Positions 10,162 to 23,370 of a stretch of 64,000 nucleotides of DNA are shown here, piece by piece. Origin of the DNA: Octopus sinensis (lineage: Eukaryota). Below the pieces are notes generated by a model. The model ran no database searches and was not told the DNA's origin. It saw only the letters and a program-made list of their open reading frames with translations. The stretch is from the NCBI RefSeq assembly GCF_006345805.1, contig NC_043000.1:99634001-99698000 (forward strand). The letters run 5' to 3'. Both the position numbers and the translations under genes were made by a program. How positions within the stretch are numbered: position 1 is the stretch's first letter; each line of letters begins with the position of its first letter.

Positions 10162-12879
10162 TAGCATCCTGCAAAATTAGTAACCAGCATTAGAACAGAT
10201 TGGAAGAGGTTCAGAGAGTGATTGTCCTTGCTGGTAATGAAGAGCCTCCCCTTCGAAATGAAGGGCAGATTTTATGATGCTTGTCTCCGAAGGGGATAAC
10301 TGCATGGAAGTGACACATGAGTTTTGAATGTGCAGGATTTGTGAAGACAAGAAGGAAATGAAGCAAGCAAAATCCCATTACAACTCTCAACTATCAAAAT
10401 CAGAAGCTTTATAATATATGTGCATACATGCATGAATAGGTGCAGATATTGCGCTGTGGTAAAGACGTTTATTTCCTAACAACACGGTTTTGAGTTCAGT
10501 CCCACTGTGTTGTGGTCTTGAGCAAGTGTTTTCTGTTATAGCCCTGAGCCGACTGAAGCCCTGTGAGTGGATTTGGTAAAGAGAAGCAGTAAAATCCTGT
10601 CTGCTACTATTTACATTTGTACTTGCTTCTCCACAAATCGCTGAGCAGTGATGTTGTTACCATTTCTGTTCCCAGCAAATCATCTGCTTGGCTTTGCACT
10701 TTTGAAGATGTGTGGAATAAGAGATCCCTAACAGGCAAGGTTTGTAGTGAGAGGAAGCACATTCAGTGTAAAACAACCCCTTGATAATAACATACACAAG
10801 TGCACACATAGGTCCTGGCACAGATATTTGGATTTTGGAGATTGCTTTGGAACCTCATTGTTTCAAGTTCTATCACACTCGAAGGCACTCTGGGCATGTG
10901 TCTTTTTCTATAACCTTGCATGGAACAATACTTTACAACAAGCTTCTGCACAGCTTCTGTCTACAAAATACACTCACAAGACATTGGCCAGCTCAGGTAT
11001 GCAGCAGAAGACACTTTTATACTTTGCAACCACATACTTTTGGGTTCAGTCCCACTGCATGGCATCTTGAACAGGTGTCTTCTAATATAGCTCCAGGTTA
11101 GCAAAAGTTTTGCATGTAGATTTGGTTGTTGGAAAATGGAAGAAGCCTGTCGTATATAGATATGTGTGTTTATATGATTCCTTGTCTTGAAATTACATGA
11201 TAATTGTGAGTGAGTATCTGTTTTCAGTTTTCTGTAAAATCATATCCTGTCAAACGAAATAATACGTTACTTGTAAACAGGTGAGGGTTTGTAGCAGGAA
11301 GGGCATTGAGCTGCAGAAAAGTCATTCTCTGTGAATTTCATGACTCATGCAAACATGAAAATATATATACATACTCTGACTGAGTGAAATGTAAGCAATG
11401 ATTTGAAACATAAAATTCATCACAATGCAGAAATTTTATTCATCAAATTTTATTCATCAAATTAGGTACCATTACAGTCAACATATTTTTTCCAATGAGT
11501 TACAAGTTTGTTTATTCCGGTAGCATAAAAATCTGGAGTTGTACCTGTTTTTCAAAGGGCCATCCTTGTCACATTCTGTGTCATGCTGAATCTCCCTCAG
11601 ACTTATGCTGAGGGTATGCATTTGTGGAATGTTCACTCAGCCACTTGCATGTTAATTTCACAAGCAGTCTGTTCTGTTGATCGGATCAACTGGAATCCTC
11701 TTCAGTTATATTGCATTAGCAGTAGTTGGAAGGAGTTAAAGCTATGGCCATCATATCTCTGTGCATCCAAGAGCACATTATCAGATGTCTGCTTATTTTA
11801 GTTTTTAAAGAAAGCAAAGTAGAGACTCCTTCGTTTACTCTGTTGTTTAGTCTCAGGTCAATCTTGATCCAGCATACCTGTGACCATTCCATCTTTGTTT
11901 CATGTGCAGGGAACACAAAACCACATTGTTTAACCTGTTCTTTTTATAGACAGTAGTGTCATTTGAAGGAGATTTAACTGCAATTTCTTGCATACCAACA
12001 AACCACATAGAGATTTCCTTCTTTGGCTTGTTGTTATTGTTGTTTCTTGTTCTTGATTTTTAGCAGACCTATAATAATTGAAATGTTCTAGTTGTGACCA
12101 CACCCTCTTTTTCCTATATGTACTGGACTTGGGACCACATTATGTTAGTGTCCTGTTTTAGTGCCCTGTTTCCTATTGTGTAAAGCAGGTTGTCTTGCCA
12201 TGTAAAGAATCTATCATTTGGAGTTAGTAGTGATTAGGAATGATGTAGAAACAACAAACACAAAAAAAAAACTGTAATGATTGATTCATTTATCCATTCA
12301 TCAGTTCATCTATCTATCCATGCAGTCTTGATCCTTGATTCAATGCAGATTGGTTCATCATACTCTGCTGGTCATCTATAGAAATTCCTGAACATCACAT
12401 CATTTCAAGCCTTGTATTTTTTATAAATTTGTGGTTTATAGCCTAAGTATTGTTAGTGGTTTAGGATAAGATTGGCGATGTAGTGTGTGCGTGTGTGTAG
12501 GTTTTTGTTGTTTAGTTTAGAGCAGTTGTGGTAAATTGACTCAGTCATTCCAGCTGTGACCATCCTGCCTTTTCCCTATGGGTATGGAAACACAGGTCTA
12601 CATTTTCTAACGTGTCCTTTTCTAACAGCAATATGTGAATTGAGATTTGATTGCTGTGACCACACAGAGACTCCCTCATTGTCCTATGTGTATATGTGTA
12701 TGTATGTATGTATGTATGTATGTATGTATGTGTGTGTGTGTGTGTGTGTGCGTGTAAAATTGCAGGTGTGGCTTGAGGTATCTGGTGGCTGGGGGGGAGG
12801 GTGTCTGCACATTTCCATTGTTGTCTTGGGGCTTTAATAACTATTAGGACATGTCATTATATTTGATGTTCCTGTACCA

Positions 12880-13365
12880 CCTTCACCATGGATTGCAGTC
12901 ACCACTGTCACTATCACCACCACCCCCACCAGCAGCAGCAGCAGCACCAGCACCATCATCATCATTGCAATCACCACTATTACCATCACCTTGTCACAGT
13001 CACCACTACAACCACCATAACACAACCACTTGTCATTGTCACCACCACCACCTGCTGTCATTGTCTGCTTCAACCATCTACTAAAGATCGCCCTCCACAC
13101 ACACACACCTCCCACCACCATCACCAACTTCACAACACCACCCTTTAACAAGAACCTCACCATCACTTGTCATCACCTGCCACCCTCGCAACCAACACCT
13201 TCATCCATAACATTGTCGGCGTCGTCATCATCATCATCATCATCATCATTGTCACTATGACTACTTCCTTCCATTGCTGCTGCTGCTACCATCAACTTGA
13301 CCATTATCCCCACAACTACCACCATTACTGTAACCACCACCAATGATAACAACAACAACAACAGC
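12880..13365. repeat. (CAC/CAT/CAG)n trinucleotide low-complexity tract
   Basis: Directly visible; source of the poly-His/Thr/Pro ORFs. Confidence 0.9.
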
Positions 13366-13698
13366 ACTGCTGCAGTCAGTGGTCATCTTTGTTAAATATG
13401 TTTATATTTACTTTGCTTTCCTCATTTGTCTCCCTTTCTCTCTTTACATTTCACTCTTCTAACTTTGCTCTCTCTCTCCTCTTCTATTCCATCTTCTTAA
13501 TTATTGCACTTTGATGTAGAATCTAAGCTAATCCCAGCAACAACAGCAGTAATGGCCATTGCACTACTCTTTGGTCATATGACTCTTAATATGTACAGGT
13601 TTAATCTGTCATTGTCAGTCTCATCATTGTTATTATTCTTTTTAAAAATCTATTTTTTTCTTGCTAGCCTTGATCAGACATGTCTATAGGATGGCTGT

Positions 13699-13993
13699 GG
13701 AGGCACATGGCCTAGTGGTTAGAGCAGCGGACTCGTGGTCGAGGGATCGCGGTTCGAATCTCAGACCGGGTGATGTGTGTGTGTTTATGAGTGAAACACC
13801 TAAGCTCCACGCGGCTCTGGCAGAAGGTAATGGCAAACTTCTGCTGACTCTTTCGCCACAACTTTCTCTCACTCTTTCCTCCTGCATCTTACCTGCCACG
13901 GACCGGTTTCCCGTCCAGGTGGGGAACCTATACACCAAGGAAACCAGGAAACCGGCCCTTATGAGTCAGGCATGGCTCGAGAAGGAACAAACA
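13699..13993 (+). mobile_element. tRNA-derived SINE family E, young full-length copy with 11-bp TSD
   Basis: A-box TGGCCTAGTGG, B-box GGTTCGAATC, CpGs retained; ATAGGATGGCT at 13686-13696 and 13994-14004; relative at 26244-26535. Confidence 0.85.
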
Positions 13994-14238
13994 ATAGGAT
14001 GGCTAGCATAATATTCCTTCTCTCTATTCAATCCCATGCAATCTATCCGTAAAACCCAATATGTTTACACCTGACCTCACCACATCTTTCCATGTACTGA
14101 ACAGCAGATATTTTTTGCTTGCTCTTCAGCATCAACATACCTGTACCATTGTTTATTAATACCAGAGCAAGGATGTCCCTCTCTCCTGGAGAAGAATAGT
14201 TGTGGAGGCTTCAAACTGGTGAATACATATTCAAAATA

Positions 14239-14467
14239 TATTTCTTTACTGCCCACTAGGGGCTAAACATAGAAGGGACAAACAAGGACAGACAAAGGGA
14301 TTAAGTCAATTACAACGACCCCAGTGTGAAACTGGTCCTTTATTTATTGACCCCGAAAGGATGAAAGGCAAAGTCAACCTTGGCGGAATTTGAACTCAGA
14401 ACATAATGGCAGATGAAATACCGCTAAGCATTTCGTCTGGCACGCTAACGTTTCTGCCAGCTCGCCG
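14239..14467 (-). mobile_element. Family B SINE, full length
   Basis: Reverse complement aligns with 3289-3514. Confidence 0.85.
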
Positions 14468-14599
14468 TCCATGAATATAGCAAACTTTGTATCAAAGTTA
14501 GTGCATGATGAGGGATTGTTTAGATAAATGCAATTTTCGTTTGAACTAGAGTGTCAAATGACACAATGAGTTTATTGCGAGACAGTTTGAATAGAATTA

Positions 14600-14945
14600 A
14601 TAGCTCTGTTTTGCATTTTTCAGCCCAGAAAAAGGCCTTCAATTTTGTCCCTTGCTCTGTAGTCTAGTTGGCACTGAAACTGCAGTATGGTGTTGCTGAA
14701 TGGTTTATAATAATAGCTGTCCAGGCTAATTGTTTTGTATGCAAGGTCAAAAATGGAAGTGGATTTAGTGGTGAAATTAGTATAAAGGTAGATATTTATC
14801 AAGGATCTGTTCTCAGTCCTATATCATTAATTCTTGCTCTTTAGGTAGTGGTATTTGTATTCAGGACCAGATGTACTTGGGAAATCTGTATCCTGATAAA
14901 CTAGATCCCTTAACAGAATATGTTGAAAAGCTATGGAAAATGTTC
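14600..14945 (+). mobile_element. RTE LINE reverse-transcriptase fragment (decayed)
   Basis: Frameshifted translation KAFNFVP..GVAEW..QGSVLSP matches RTE RT motifs KAFD.VP and QGSVLSP. Confidence 0.75.
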
Positions 14946-14949
14946 TAAA

Positions 14950-15130
14950 TAGAGAGAAAAAAAGAGATCAGAATTTAACTGCAGCTCTTGGTCCAAATCA
15001 GATATACAATTTATGTGGGTATCTTTTCAAAACATTGTCTGGTTTAAAAAGCCACATCAGATGCCATGATGGTTCTAAGGTGTAGGTACAGGAGGTGGTC
15101 AAACTCTGCATAAGGAGCAGACTATCACAA
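14950..15130 (+). mobile_element. LINE 3' end with C2H2-like finger remnant
   Basis: NLTAALGPN..C...FKTLSGLKSHIRCH; same family as 25870-26215(-). Confidence 0.6.
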
Positions 15131-15589
15131 TATATATATATATATATTTATATATATGAGAGAGATTATTAAAAATAGTTTGTCAGGATTTGGATGAATA
15201 CTATTTACTGAGCAATTGCATTCTTGTCATGGGTTTATCATGAATGGTAAGACTATTAATGCATAAAATCTGTATACCAAATACCAACTCTTTGTGTAGG
15301 AGCATCAGTAGTTGAGTACTTCCCTAACACTTTCATTCTTCATGTAATCTTCAGGTAAAATCAGTGTACACATTGCATATGGTAAGGTTGGTTGTTTGAA
15401 TACCATGTACAGTCCAGCTGGCAACACAGTGCTTGTCTGTTTGTCAATAAAATTTTATTGAGAACGCTTGGGTAAATTTGAGGATATGGCAGAAAAGTTG
15501 CCAAAGGTACTGTACAGTGAGATTGAACCTGGGGCATCATGGTTGCGAAGTGAAATTCTTCATCATTAGGCTCTGGCTTAATCTATGTA

Positions 15590-15628
<39 letters not shown>

Positions 15629-17119
15629 ATATTAAAAATGCATATGTGCATGTAGAAGGATGTGTCCCCCTCTCTATCCCTGGAGGTTGCCACATCTGCA
15701 CACAATTTCATTATGCACGCACAAACACTTGTACATGTGCACATGCACACTTTCTCACACATACACACACATTCTAATTACATACACATTTAAAAATATA
15801 GTCATGCACACATATACACAAAATGAATACACTTACTGTGGTGCATGGACATATACACACACATTTCTCCATAATTCTAATTTTACTCAGCCACACACAT
15901 ACACACACATGCTCAAACACAAACATCTATAGACATAGTTACCTTCAAATAAACACACTCAAGCACACTAACACACAAATATTAGCCTGCTCATATGTAC
16001 ATAGAGGCATAATTCCTTACACCCATAAATACAGCTTCATAAACACACACACACACACACACACACAACATAATCTCCATCCAGTGTGCACACATAAACA
16101 CATGTAATCTCTCAAAAATATATGCATATACATATATACATAGAGACATAATCTTGTGCATATACACACAAATGCAGTCACACATAATCCTTTACAAATG
16201 CATACACACACATCTATACACATGTGCACTTAACCCCTCACAAATACACACATGCACACATACACACACATACATATACAAACACATATACACATGCATA
16301 TATAAATATATGTGCATATAATCCTTCAGAAATACACACCGACACATATATGCACAGGTAATCACTTACAAATATGTACAAATACATAAAAACACACACT
16401 GGTACAGCTGCAACATACTTGGTGCCCTGCAGCTATATTTAAACAGTTATGTGCATACTTTCAGTAGCACTGAAATGCACAGTCTTAGTGCATGATCTTT
16501 CTACATTGGTCAGCAGCTGCACATTGTTGTTGCAGATTATTATAGTTATTGCCATTGTTGTTGTTTAGCCCCAGGTCAGCACTGATTCTGCAGGCCTATG
16601 ATTAAAGGCATTCCAACTGATGATTATCCTGTCTTTTATTCAGACATATTGTATCTAGACCTACATTATGTGATGCGTCCTTTCCTTTTTTCTTAAGACA
16701 GGAGGGTGTGATTTTGCAGGACAGTTTTGCTTGTATTTCTAGCAAGTTAGATAATCACATAGATGCTCACTTGTTGGTTCTTCATTGATGTAGTTGTTGT
16801 TGTTACTTTTGTTGTTGTTCATTAAAAAGGGACAGTGAATTGACAGATGCATAAAAGGGTCAGACAAAATGCATTACAGTATTTTTCCAGCTCTTTACAT
16901 TCTGTGTTCAAATCTTGCCAACATCAACTCAATCTTTTATTTCTCTATGTCAGTAAAATAAAGCACCAGGCATGTACTGGGACTGGTGGTTTTAAGTAAC
17001 CCTTTCCCCTCAAAACTGCTACCTTTGTGTTAAAGTTAGGAACTGTTATTGAAGAACTATTAGAGCTTTAGAGTTAATGATTTGCATAAAGTTTTCCTGT
17101 TTTTTTTTCTTTTATTCAA

Positions 17120-17430
17120 ATGGCTTAGTGGTTAAGGTATTTAGCTCTCAATCATAAGGCCATGAGTTCAGTTTCTAGTGGTGTATTCTGTTTTTGAATA
17201 AGACACTTTATTTCACATTGCTCCAATCTACTCAGCTGACAGAAGTGAGTACTACCTGTATTTCGAAGGACCAGCCTTGTCATATTTTGTGTCACTCTGA
17301 ATCTCCTTGTGAACTATGCTAAAAGTGTATGTCTGTGGAGTGCTCAACCACCAACATGTTAATTTCATGAGCATGCTGTTCTATTGATCAGATCAACTGA
17401 AACCCTCGTTACTATAACTGACAGAGTACC
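17120..17430 (+). mobile_element. tRNA-derived SINE family F
   Basis: TGGCTTAGTGGTTAAG head, AGACACTTTATTTCAC; related pieces at 11530-11710, 29655-29945 and 47150-47240(-). Confidence 0.65.
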
Positions 17431-17809
17431 AATTTTTTTTTCGTTATTCTTGGGATTGAATAAATTATATACCTACAAAATGCTGAGGATGGTGGAAAAT
17501 TAGTATATTCATTAGAATGTTATATAGACTACCTTGGTGTATCTATTTTGGATCCCTTTATTCTGAGTTTGGATTCCTCTGTGGTAGTCAATAAAGTGTG
17601 GTAGATTTGTGGTATTGCTCGGTGCAAGCATGGCTTTGTGGTCTAAAAAATTGTTTTCCAACTACATGCTTCTGGGTTCAGTCCCACTGTATGGTAATCT
17701 TGGACAAATGTCCTATACTATAGCATCAGGCCTCGAGTAAATTTGGTAGATGGAAACTGAAAGAAACCCATCATGTGTGTGTGTATGTTTATATATATCA
17801 TCATCATCA

Positions 17810-17985
17810 TCATTGTTTAATGTCCGTTTTCCATGCTGGCATGGCTGGATGGTTTGACTGGGGACTGGCAAGCCAGGAGGCTGCACCGGGCTCCAATCTG
17901 ATCTGGCAGTGTTTCTACAGCTCGATGCCCTTCCTAACACCAACCACTCTGAGAGTGTAGTGGGTGCTTTTTACGTGCTAGCAGC
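17810..17985 (-). mobile_element. RTE LINE 3' UTR fragment
   Basis: Reverse complement of the 30310-30476 tail. Confidence 0.85.
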
Positions 17986-17994
17986 ATGGGTATA

Positions 17995-18054
<60 letters not shown>

Positions 18055-18596
18055 TAACATTATCAGGTGTACATGAATAGTGTATGTGTTTTGTTTATAT
18101 GCCAAATTTGCTTCAGGATAGTGTGTCCCGGGAAGGCTTCTTACACAACACTGAGTGTTAAAGTTAAAGGCCACCTACTCACTTTTGGAACCACTGAGAA
18201 TGGTAGATATTGATACTTCATATTTCACCGTTATTGTGGCTTCTCAATACCATGTACTCAGATCATCTTGAAATGGACTCTACTGTCATTAGACAACGTA
18301 TGAGGGCTCAGCAATTACTTGCTGAACAACCACACAAATGATTTGTTCATTGTGATCAAATGTCCATGTGCCACATATGAGATGAATGATTGCAGAGCAA
18401 TGTAAATTGAAGTGTTTTGCTCAAGAATACAAAACAACATCCAGTCTGGGAATTGAAACCATGATATCGCAATTGTGAGTGCAACACTCTAACCACACAG
18501 CTATGTGCCTCCACACATATACACACACATACACACCTATATTCTTTTACTCTTTTATATATATTATCTATTTAAAGACACAAGACATGTCTTTAA

Positions 18597-18870
18597 GTGT
18601 TGCTAATAGTTTCATGTGTTGAGAAATATCTCAAACATATTCATCAAGCACAAACCACATACAACAAATATTTAAAAAATTGAATAAGAGAAGAAGTGCA
18701 AAAAAGCTGGGAAGGCAGTATATAGAAAGTGCAGAAGGTTAAAAGAAATGGAAAAAAACCCGCAAAAAAACTGAAATGTAAAAAGTAAAAAAGTAAAGAG
18801 TTATCCTCCTTAGACCTTAAATTATAAGGCTTGAAAGATATCGACAAGTTAATCAGATATAGGCAGAATA
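18597..18870 (-). mobile_element. Degenerate PLE pLTR-like fragment with hammerhead relic at 18597-18651
   Basis: Minus strand: pyrimidine tract then TTGATGA, ~11-bp stem II, GAAA CTATTAG CA ACAC. Confidence 0.4.
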
Positions 18871-19624
18871 TTCCAATTCTTCAAAATATATTTATGTATA
18901 TGTTTGCAACTGCTGAAAATTTCAGGCCTAGGGTTCAGTAGAGAGTTAGGGATAATATATTTGTGTACGTGTATATGTGTGAATATGTAAGTTTGTATCT
19001 CCTTCTCTCGACATCATGTGATTGTTGTTGTGAATGAATGTCATTCACTTCCAATATTCTGTGAAAACCAGTCTGGTCATGAAGAAATATTATCTCGTTT
19101 GGAACCAAGGTGAAGGTCAGTGATAGGAAGGGCATCCAGCCATAGAAAATCTGTCTCAACAAATTCAATCCAAGCCATATGCATGCAAGCATGGAAAAGT
19201 GAAAAGTGTTAAACAACAGTGAAAATAATGATGATGATGACAATGATGATGACAACAACAATGATGATGATGATGATAAAGTTTCAGCTGGAATGTCTTG
19301 CAGTATCTGCTTCCAGCTTTTTTTGGCATTCTAAGTTCAAATATCTATGGATATAATCATCCTCAAATACAACCCCGACACGCACACACATACACATGCA
19401 TGTACACATGCGTGTGTGCATATGCACACATAATCACACTCTACTCAACAATAAAACAACAATTGCCTCTAAAAAAAAGAGTAAAGCGAGGGAACCTCTA
19501 CAGGCCAATGACAGAACCTCTCTATACACAATTGGATGATTGCTTATGCTGTAGTAGTTGGTGGTGCAGATGGTGTTAGGATGTGTCTATTGTATAGCAT
19601 TCCTTTGCATTCATGTAATTTGTT

Positions 19625-19945
19625 ACTGTTGTTGTTGTTGTCTTTAATAGTTGTAGAAGTTACCATTACTGTTGCTGCAGTAGTAATAGTAGCAGTAGTA
19701 GTAGTAGTAGTGGTGGTGGTGGTAGTAATTGCTGTTGTTAATTTTGTTGCAACTGTAGCGATTGCCATTGTTGTTGCAGCTGTAGTTGTAGTAGTAGTAG
19801 TATCAGTAGTAATTGTTGTTGCTGCTATCATTGCAGCTGTAGCTGTAGCAGTAGTAGTAGTGGTTATTGTTGTTGCAGCTGTAGCAAAGGCAGTGGTGGT
19901 GTTAGTAGTAGTAGTAGTTGTTGTTGTAGTAGCTGATGTCATCGT
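19625..19945. repeat. (GTA/GTT/GCA)n low-complexity tract
   Basis: Directly visible; source of the poly-Val and poly-Thr ORFs. Confidence 0.9.
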
Positions 19946-20857
19946 TGATGTTTGCTCCATTCCTTTATTTTTTTTTTATTTGTTCTTACCTGTTCTCACC
20001 ACCACCACCACCCTCCAATCCCCCCCACAACCACTCTTCATTGCAACTGCCCTCCCCACTACCCACTGTACCTCACACCTCCACACCAATCCTTTTATCT
20101 TTTTTTTTTCACCAAGGCCAATCACACAGTGTCTACTGAACTGCACAAAATACAGACACTGCATTGTCTTGGCAATTTTTTTTTCCCCCTTTTGTATTTG
20201 ACAGAGGCGGGTTGGTGGTAGGGGGAGGGCAGTGGGGGTGGGGCAACTTTTCTTTTTCTTTGTTGCTTGGTTTACCTACTCCCACTGCCATACCACCTCA
20301 TACCACCTCCACCATACCACCTCATACCACCACCACCACCACCACCACTACCACCAACACATATTTCCCTATTGCCATCACCACTACTACCACCACCACC
20401 ATTGTCATACCAACACTGCCACTTCCTTAACCATCACCCAGCAACACTACAGCTATACCACTGACATCAGCATTACTGCCACCACTACCACTATTGCTTG
20501 GCCTGCTAGAAAAAAAAACAGTCATGTCTCCCTCAAACTGCACATCACTGTCTTAAAAAAAGGGGACATGCTGGATAGTGTAATCTTTGATGTACGATAT
20601 CTGAAAATAATCGTAGGTCTATTGCGTCAAAGTTCACCTTGGGCTAAATAAAGAAATAACAGTGATAAGGAATCTTCGATGTTAGGTTCTCAAACTAAGA
20701 GTACGTACACCTGCAGGGGTATGCAATAAAAATTGCAGCAGGAGGCACAAGATTTGTTAAATGTTGAAATTTTAAAGTAATTACAACCAATTACATTTCA
20801 CTGGTACACCATCAGCTTTTGTAAATATTTGGAAGTCCTAACTTTCAAACATAATAA

Positions 20858-21080
20858 TTAATCCTTTAGCATTCAAATTACTCTGCCAAATGCTCATTTA
20901 TTTATATGGTTTTGAATTAATTTGGTATTATCTTGCAGCTTTGGGATTCCAATGATGAGATTGCTTCTCCTTAGCATGACATTGGTGGTCAGGTGTGGGA
21001 GGCCTGGTTTGGCCAGTTTTAACATAAAACAGATTGAATATTTTGGCTGGATATGATGGGTTTAAATGCTAAAGGGTTAA
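20858..21080. mobile_element. piggyBac-type MITE
   Basis: TTAA.CCTTTAGCATT...AATGCTAAAGGGTTAA termini; homologues at 31664-31887 and 38448-38679 in opposite orientation. Confidence 0.8.
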
Positions 21081-21137
21081 TAAGATTATGTGTTTGTTTT
21101 GCCAGGTTCTTGATGTGAAATCATGTATTGAAACAGA

Positions 21138-21730
21138 TATTGTTATACTTAGGGATGGTCATGTTTTGCCAATTAAACACATGCATTATACATTCAGTTT
21201 CATTTCAGCTTTATTATGGTGAGCTGGTAGAATCGTTAGCATGTCGGGCGAAATGCTTAATGGTATTTTGTCTGCTGCTACGTTCTGAGTTCAAATTCTG
21301 CCAAGGTCGACTTTGCCTTTCATCCTTTCGAGGTCGATAAATTAAGTACCAGTTATGCACTGGTGTCGATGTAATCGACTTAATCCGTTTGTCTGTCCTT
21401 GTTTGTCCCCTCTGTGTTTAGCGCCTTGTGGGTAGTAAAGAAATAGGTATTTTGTCTGCTGCTACGTTCTAAGTTCAAATTCTGTCTATGTCGACTTTGT
21501 CTTTCATCCTTTTGGGATCAGTAAAATTAAGTACCAGTGAAACGACTAGGCCCCTCCCCCTAAAAATTTAAGCCTTGTGCCTATAGCAGAAAGGATTATT
21601 ATTATTGTTATTTTAGTTTTTTTGACAAAGAAACTAAATGATAATAATAATGATAAAGCTGAAGTGAAGATCAAATATATAGTGCATGTGTTTAATTGGC
21701 AAAGTATGACCATACTCAAGTATAACAATA
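21138..21730. mobile_element. Fold-back MITE (~80-bp arms) interrupted by two family B SINEs (21218-21449, 21447-21600)
   Basis: 21138-21217 is the near reverse complement of 21650-21730. Confidence 0.7.
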
Positions 21731-21974
21731 ATTAATAAGATATTATACATTTTCTGTTTCATGGTATCCATAAAATGTTATCAGCCACCATTTGCTTTAT
21801 GCTATCTGACCATTTTTTCACTATACTGTTGACAAAGAGTATTCTGTCCCAGCTGGACACAATGCAAGAAAGAGGTTTGTCAGTCTGTATACTGTGTTAA
21901 TACAAGGATTGTCAGTTATTATTCTAGTAATTTTCACTCATGTTCACATTGAATAAAGGACTAATAGTGTTATG

Positions 21975-22350
21975 GAACACCCTCTTGCTAACCAACCACA
22001 TGGTTCCGGGTTCAGTCCCACTGTGTGGCATCTTGGGCAAGTGTCTTCTGCTATAGCCCCAGGCCGACCAATGCCTTGTGAGTGGATTTGGTAGACGGAA
22101 ACTGAAAGAAGCCTGTCGTATATATATATATATAAGAGTGTGTGTATATGTTTGTGTGTCTGTGTTTGTCCCCCTAGCATTGCTTGACAACCGATGCTGG
22201 TGTGTTTACGTCCCCGTAACTTAGCGGTTCGGCAAAAGAGTACTGGGCTTACAAAGAATAAGTCCCGGAGTTGATTTGCTCGACTAAAGGCGGTGCTCCA
22301 GCATGGCCGCAGTCAAATGACTGAAACAAGTAAAAGAGTAAAAGAGAAAA
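21975..22350 (+). mobile_element. Family A SINE, 5'-truncated
   Basis: Aligns with 8959-9375. Confidence 0.9.
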
Positions 22351-23125
22351 GAGAGTATTTAATATCTACTCTTTCATGCCTGCATGGCTTAAAGGAAATT
22401 TCTTGAGACAGATTTTCTACAGCCAAATGCTCTTCCTGTCACTAACCCCCGCCTGTTTGTTTACACGCAAGGTAATATTTCCCCATAGCCAGACATATTT
22501 TACTTGGAAATATTGCTTGTATGGTCGTGATGCTCATTTACAATCATGATGTCAAGACAAGGGTGTGTACACACACATGCATGTCCGAAATATTATACTT
22601 TCACTGTATAACTTTTACTTTATAATTGTTTTCCTTTCTAAGCATCTGCCTTACAATAGTAAGTGTGAACCATGCCTGTCTCTAAAGGGGGTGTCCTGGA
22701 TGGCTCAGCCCCCTCACTATTTAATGCTGCACCTTCAGATTTACAGTCTTACACTTATTTTGAAACTCCGTTTTAGCGTTATTACACATTAGCATTCACC
22801 CAGAATATTCTGATGCATCCCAACCCCCAGACACCAAAATCTGGAGACAGGTCTGGTGTGAACATCCTTTGGACTTCTGCTGATCTTGTATATTGATTTT
22901 TTTTTTTTTTACTATTGAATTGCTATATACACATCAGGTTTCTTTAGTTTCTGTCAGCCAAATCCATTCACAAGGCTTTGGTCAGCCTAGGGCTGTAGTC
23001 GAAGACACTTGTCCTCAGTGCTATGCAGCAGGGCAAAGATGAGCACATGTATTATACTTTACTGCAAAGGAATGAACATGCACTAGTGCAGTGATGCAGT
23101 GCATTAAAGATACTTGAGTTTTCTA

Positions 23126-23169
<44 letters not shown>

Positions 23170-23177
<8 letters not shown>

Positions 23178-23370
23178 TAATGTTTGTCCTCCTTGCTGGC
23201 ATGGGTTGGGCAGTTTGATAGGAATTGGCAACCCAGAGAACTACACCGGGTCCATTCTCTGCTTTGCTATGGTTTCTACAGCTTGATGCCCTTCCTAATG
23301 TGAACCACTCTACAGAGTGTACTGGGTGCCTTTTATGTGGCACCAGCACTAGTGCTCTTTACATGATACC
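23170..23370 (-). mobile_element. RTE LINE 3' UTR fragment
   Basis: Reverse complement of the RTE tail, preceded by (TAA)n. Confidence 0.7.

Noticed and set aside
12834-13367. Poly-His/Gln/Pro ORFs
   Set aside because: Trinucleotide low-complexity DNA, open in several frames on both strands
15315-15360. CTGAAGA...GAAA on the minus strand
   Set aside because: Stem II only 2 bp, no stem I, stem III not palindromic
19536-20201. 221-aa poly-Val ORF and antisense mucin-like poly-Thr ORF
   Set aside because: Entirely a (GTA/GTT/GCA)n tract with no complex flanking coding sequence
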